This document shows positions 62,510-64,000 of a stretch of DNA of 64,000 nucleotides, piece by piece (position 1 is the stretch's first letter; each line of letters opens with the position of its first letter). Made by a program: the position numbers and the translations under genes. This DNA comes from an uncultured Chthonomonadaceae bacterium (GTDB lineage Bacteria > Armatimonadota > Chthonomonadetes > Chthonomonadales > Chthonomonadaceae). Under the pieces are notes generated by a model. That model was given only the letters and a program-made list of their open reading frames with translations. It had not been told where the DNA came from and ran no database searches. Where the stretch lies: contig CAWFQB010000001.1 of assembly GCA_963817895.1 (NCBI GenBank), positions 1,312,001-1,376,000 of the forward strand, given 5' to 3'.

Positions 62510-62710
62510 TTTCCTTCACCACAGGAACACCCCACACAGAGGAATCATAGAGGACATAAGAAACGATGTAGATTTACGATTCCGAAATCACCTGCGTAAT
62601 GGACCCTGCGCGTAACCATGATTTTAAGCGGCGTGATTACCGCTGCCCTGTTCCAAACCAGCTGGTGGAAGAGAATCAAAGTTTAGAAAGATTCGTCAGG
62701 AAAGAGATTT

Positions 62711-64000
62711 ATGCCTGCAAACACGCTCCAGGATGAGCAGACAACGATAGAAACGCCGATTGAGGATACAGGAAGTCTGCCCGAACCCTTGCCGGAAGAG
62801 CCAACCGCCCTGCGACGGAGAGTGTTGGGACTTGCCTGGCCCGTGATTGGCGAGAACTTACTGGAAACTCTCCTCGGTATTGTGGATACCGCGCTGGTTG
62901 CCGGATTAGGAACTGCGGCCATTGCGGGCGTCGGCAGCGGCCTGCAAATCATGTTCTTTCTGCTGTCCGCCCTGTCCGCCCTGTCTATCGGCAGTTCTGT
63001 TCTTGTCGCGCAGGCGGTAGGCGCGAGCGAACAGGATCGCGCCAGCCGTATTGCCCGCCAATCTCTGATCTGGAGCGTACTGCTTTCCGTGCCGCTTGCC
63101 CTTGTTGGTTTCGGTCTGGCGCGTCCAATTATCGGCCTTTTTGGAATGACGCCGGATGTAACCCACATCGGCGTGGCCTATCTTCAGGTGACAATGGGTA
63201 CGGTCGTGGTGTTGGTCGCGCTCGTCATTGGCGGCGGCGCGCTGCGTGGCGCGGGCGATTCGCGGACGCCGATGATCGTCACCGCCATTGCCAACGTGTT
63301 GAATGTCGCGCTGGCTTACGGCCTGATTTACGGGCACTGGGGACTTCCCCGGCTTGGCGCGGTCGGCAGCGCATGGGCCACCTTTGTGGCGCGCGCGGTT
63401 GCCCTCCTGTTGCTGCTTCACGCGCTGTGGAAAGGTCGGAACGGCATCCGCATTGCCGGCGGTTGGGGATGGCTGCCGGATTGGAGCGTGGCGCGGGAAG
63501 TGCTGAAGCTCGGCATCCCCGCGTCCATTGAGCAGATATCAATGGCGTCGGCCTTCCTGGTTCTGACGGTTCGCATAGCCGGGTTGGGAACGGATACGCT
63601 TGCGGCCTTCCGCATCTCCATATCCGCGCTTTCCATGTCTTTTCTGCCCGGTTTTGGATTCAGCATGGCCGCTACAGCTCTGGTCGGGCAAAGCATCGGG
63701 GCGAAACGGCCTCGACAGGGCGCGAAAGTGACGCAAGTGGCGACAATCTGGTCGGTTATCTGGATGAGTACGATTGGCGTATTGATATTCCTCTTTGCCG
63801 ATCCGATCATGCGCCTGTTCACACACGCGCCGGATGTGGTCCGTATTGGCGCGGCGGGACTGCGGATTGTGGCGCTGACGCAGCCATTCTGGGCGGTGGG
63901 TATGGTGCAGTCGGGGGCATTGCGCGGCACGGGCGATACGCGCTATCCATTAATCATCGGCGCGGGGGGCATGTGGATAACAGTTCTATTCGTCTGGCTG
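62711..64000 (+). CDS. MATE-family efflux transporter (runs off the right edge)
   Basis: LAWPVI...VDTALVAGLG, LRGAGDSRTP, GAVGSAWAT, KLGIP, LRGTGDTRYP; open to the window end. Confidence 0.92.
   Translation, partial: MPANTLQDEQTTIETPIEDTGSLPEPLPEEPTALRRRVLGLAWPVIGENLLETLLGIVDTALVAGLGTAAIAGVGSGLQIMFFLLSALSALSIGSSVLVAQAVGASEQDRASRIARQSLIWSVLLSVPLALVGFGLARPIIGLFGMTPDVTHIGVAYLQVTMGTVVVLVALVIGGGALRGAGDSRTPMIVTAIANVLNVALAYGLIYGHWGLPRLGAVGSAWATFVARAVALLLLLHALWKGRNGIRIAGGWGWLPDWSVAREVLKLGIPASIEQISMASAFLVLTVRIAGLGTDTLAAFRISISALSMSFLPGFGFSMAATALVGQSIGAKRPRQGAKVTQVATIWSVIWMSTIGVLIFLFADPIMRLFTHAPDVVRIGAAGLRIVALTQPFWAVGMVQSGALRGTGDTRYPLIIGAGGMWITVLFVWL

Overview
A 64-kb, GC-rich bacterial chromosome segment. 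It is most consistent with Armatimonadota; this is inferred from a Terrabacteria-like RpsB/DnaN together with PEP-CTERM, H-X9-DG/DUF1559-like, CRTAC1/ASPIC-UnbV and outer-membrane barrel genes. From left to right: a partial IS630; an AraC-regulated oxidoreductase island (AKR, 2 SDRs, MFS, cupins, 2 MDRs, cupin-CMD); an IS3-family element; a SnoaL gene beside a cluster of dif-like palindromic sites; dnaN and thrS; several PIN/VapC-type toxin-antitoxin loci; secreted proteins (CRTAC1-like, PPIase, ice-binding PEP-CTERM, sulfatase-like); an orphan dcm-vsr pair; a di-heme cytochrome c peroxidase coupled to a DAHL-PAS-GGDEF-EAL protein; tRNA-Ala(CGC); a miniature and a full-length IS200/IS605 element; ltaE; and rpsB-tsf-pyrH-MATE. 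About a dozen genes carry small frameshifts, mostly +1 insertions, which are probably assembly errors. The most striking unexplained structure is a set of palindromic short-tandem-repeat and GTAG-REP elements. Some are empty, but in three cases the inverted arms enclose accessory genes (dcm-vsr, a histidine kinase, a 75-aa heptad protein), suggesting repeat-bounded gene cassettes. All family assignments are by motif recognition only; no database searches were run.
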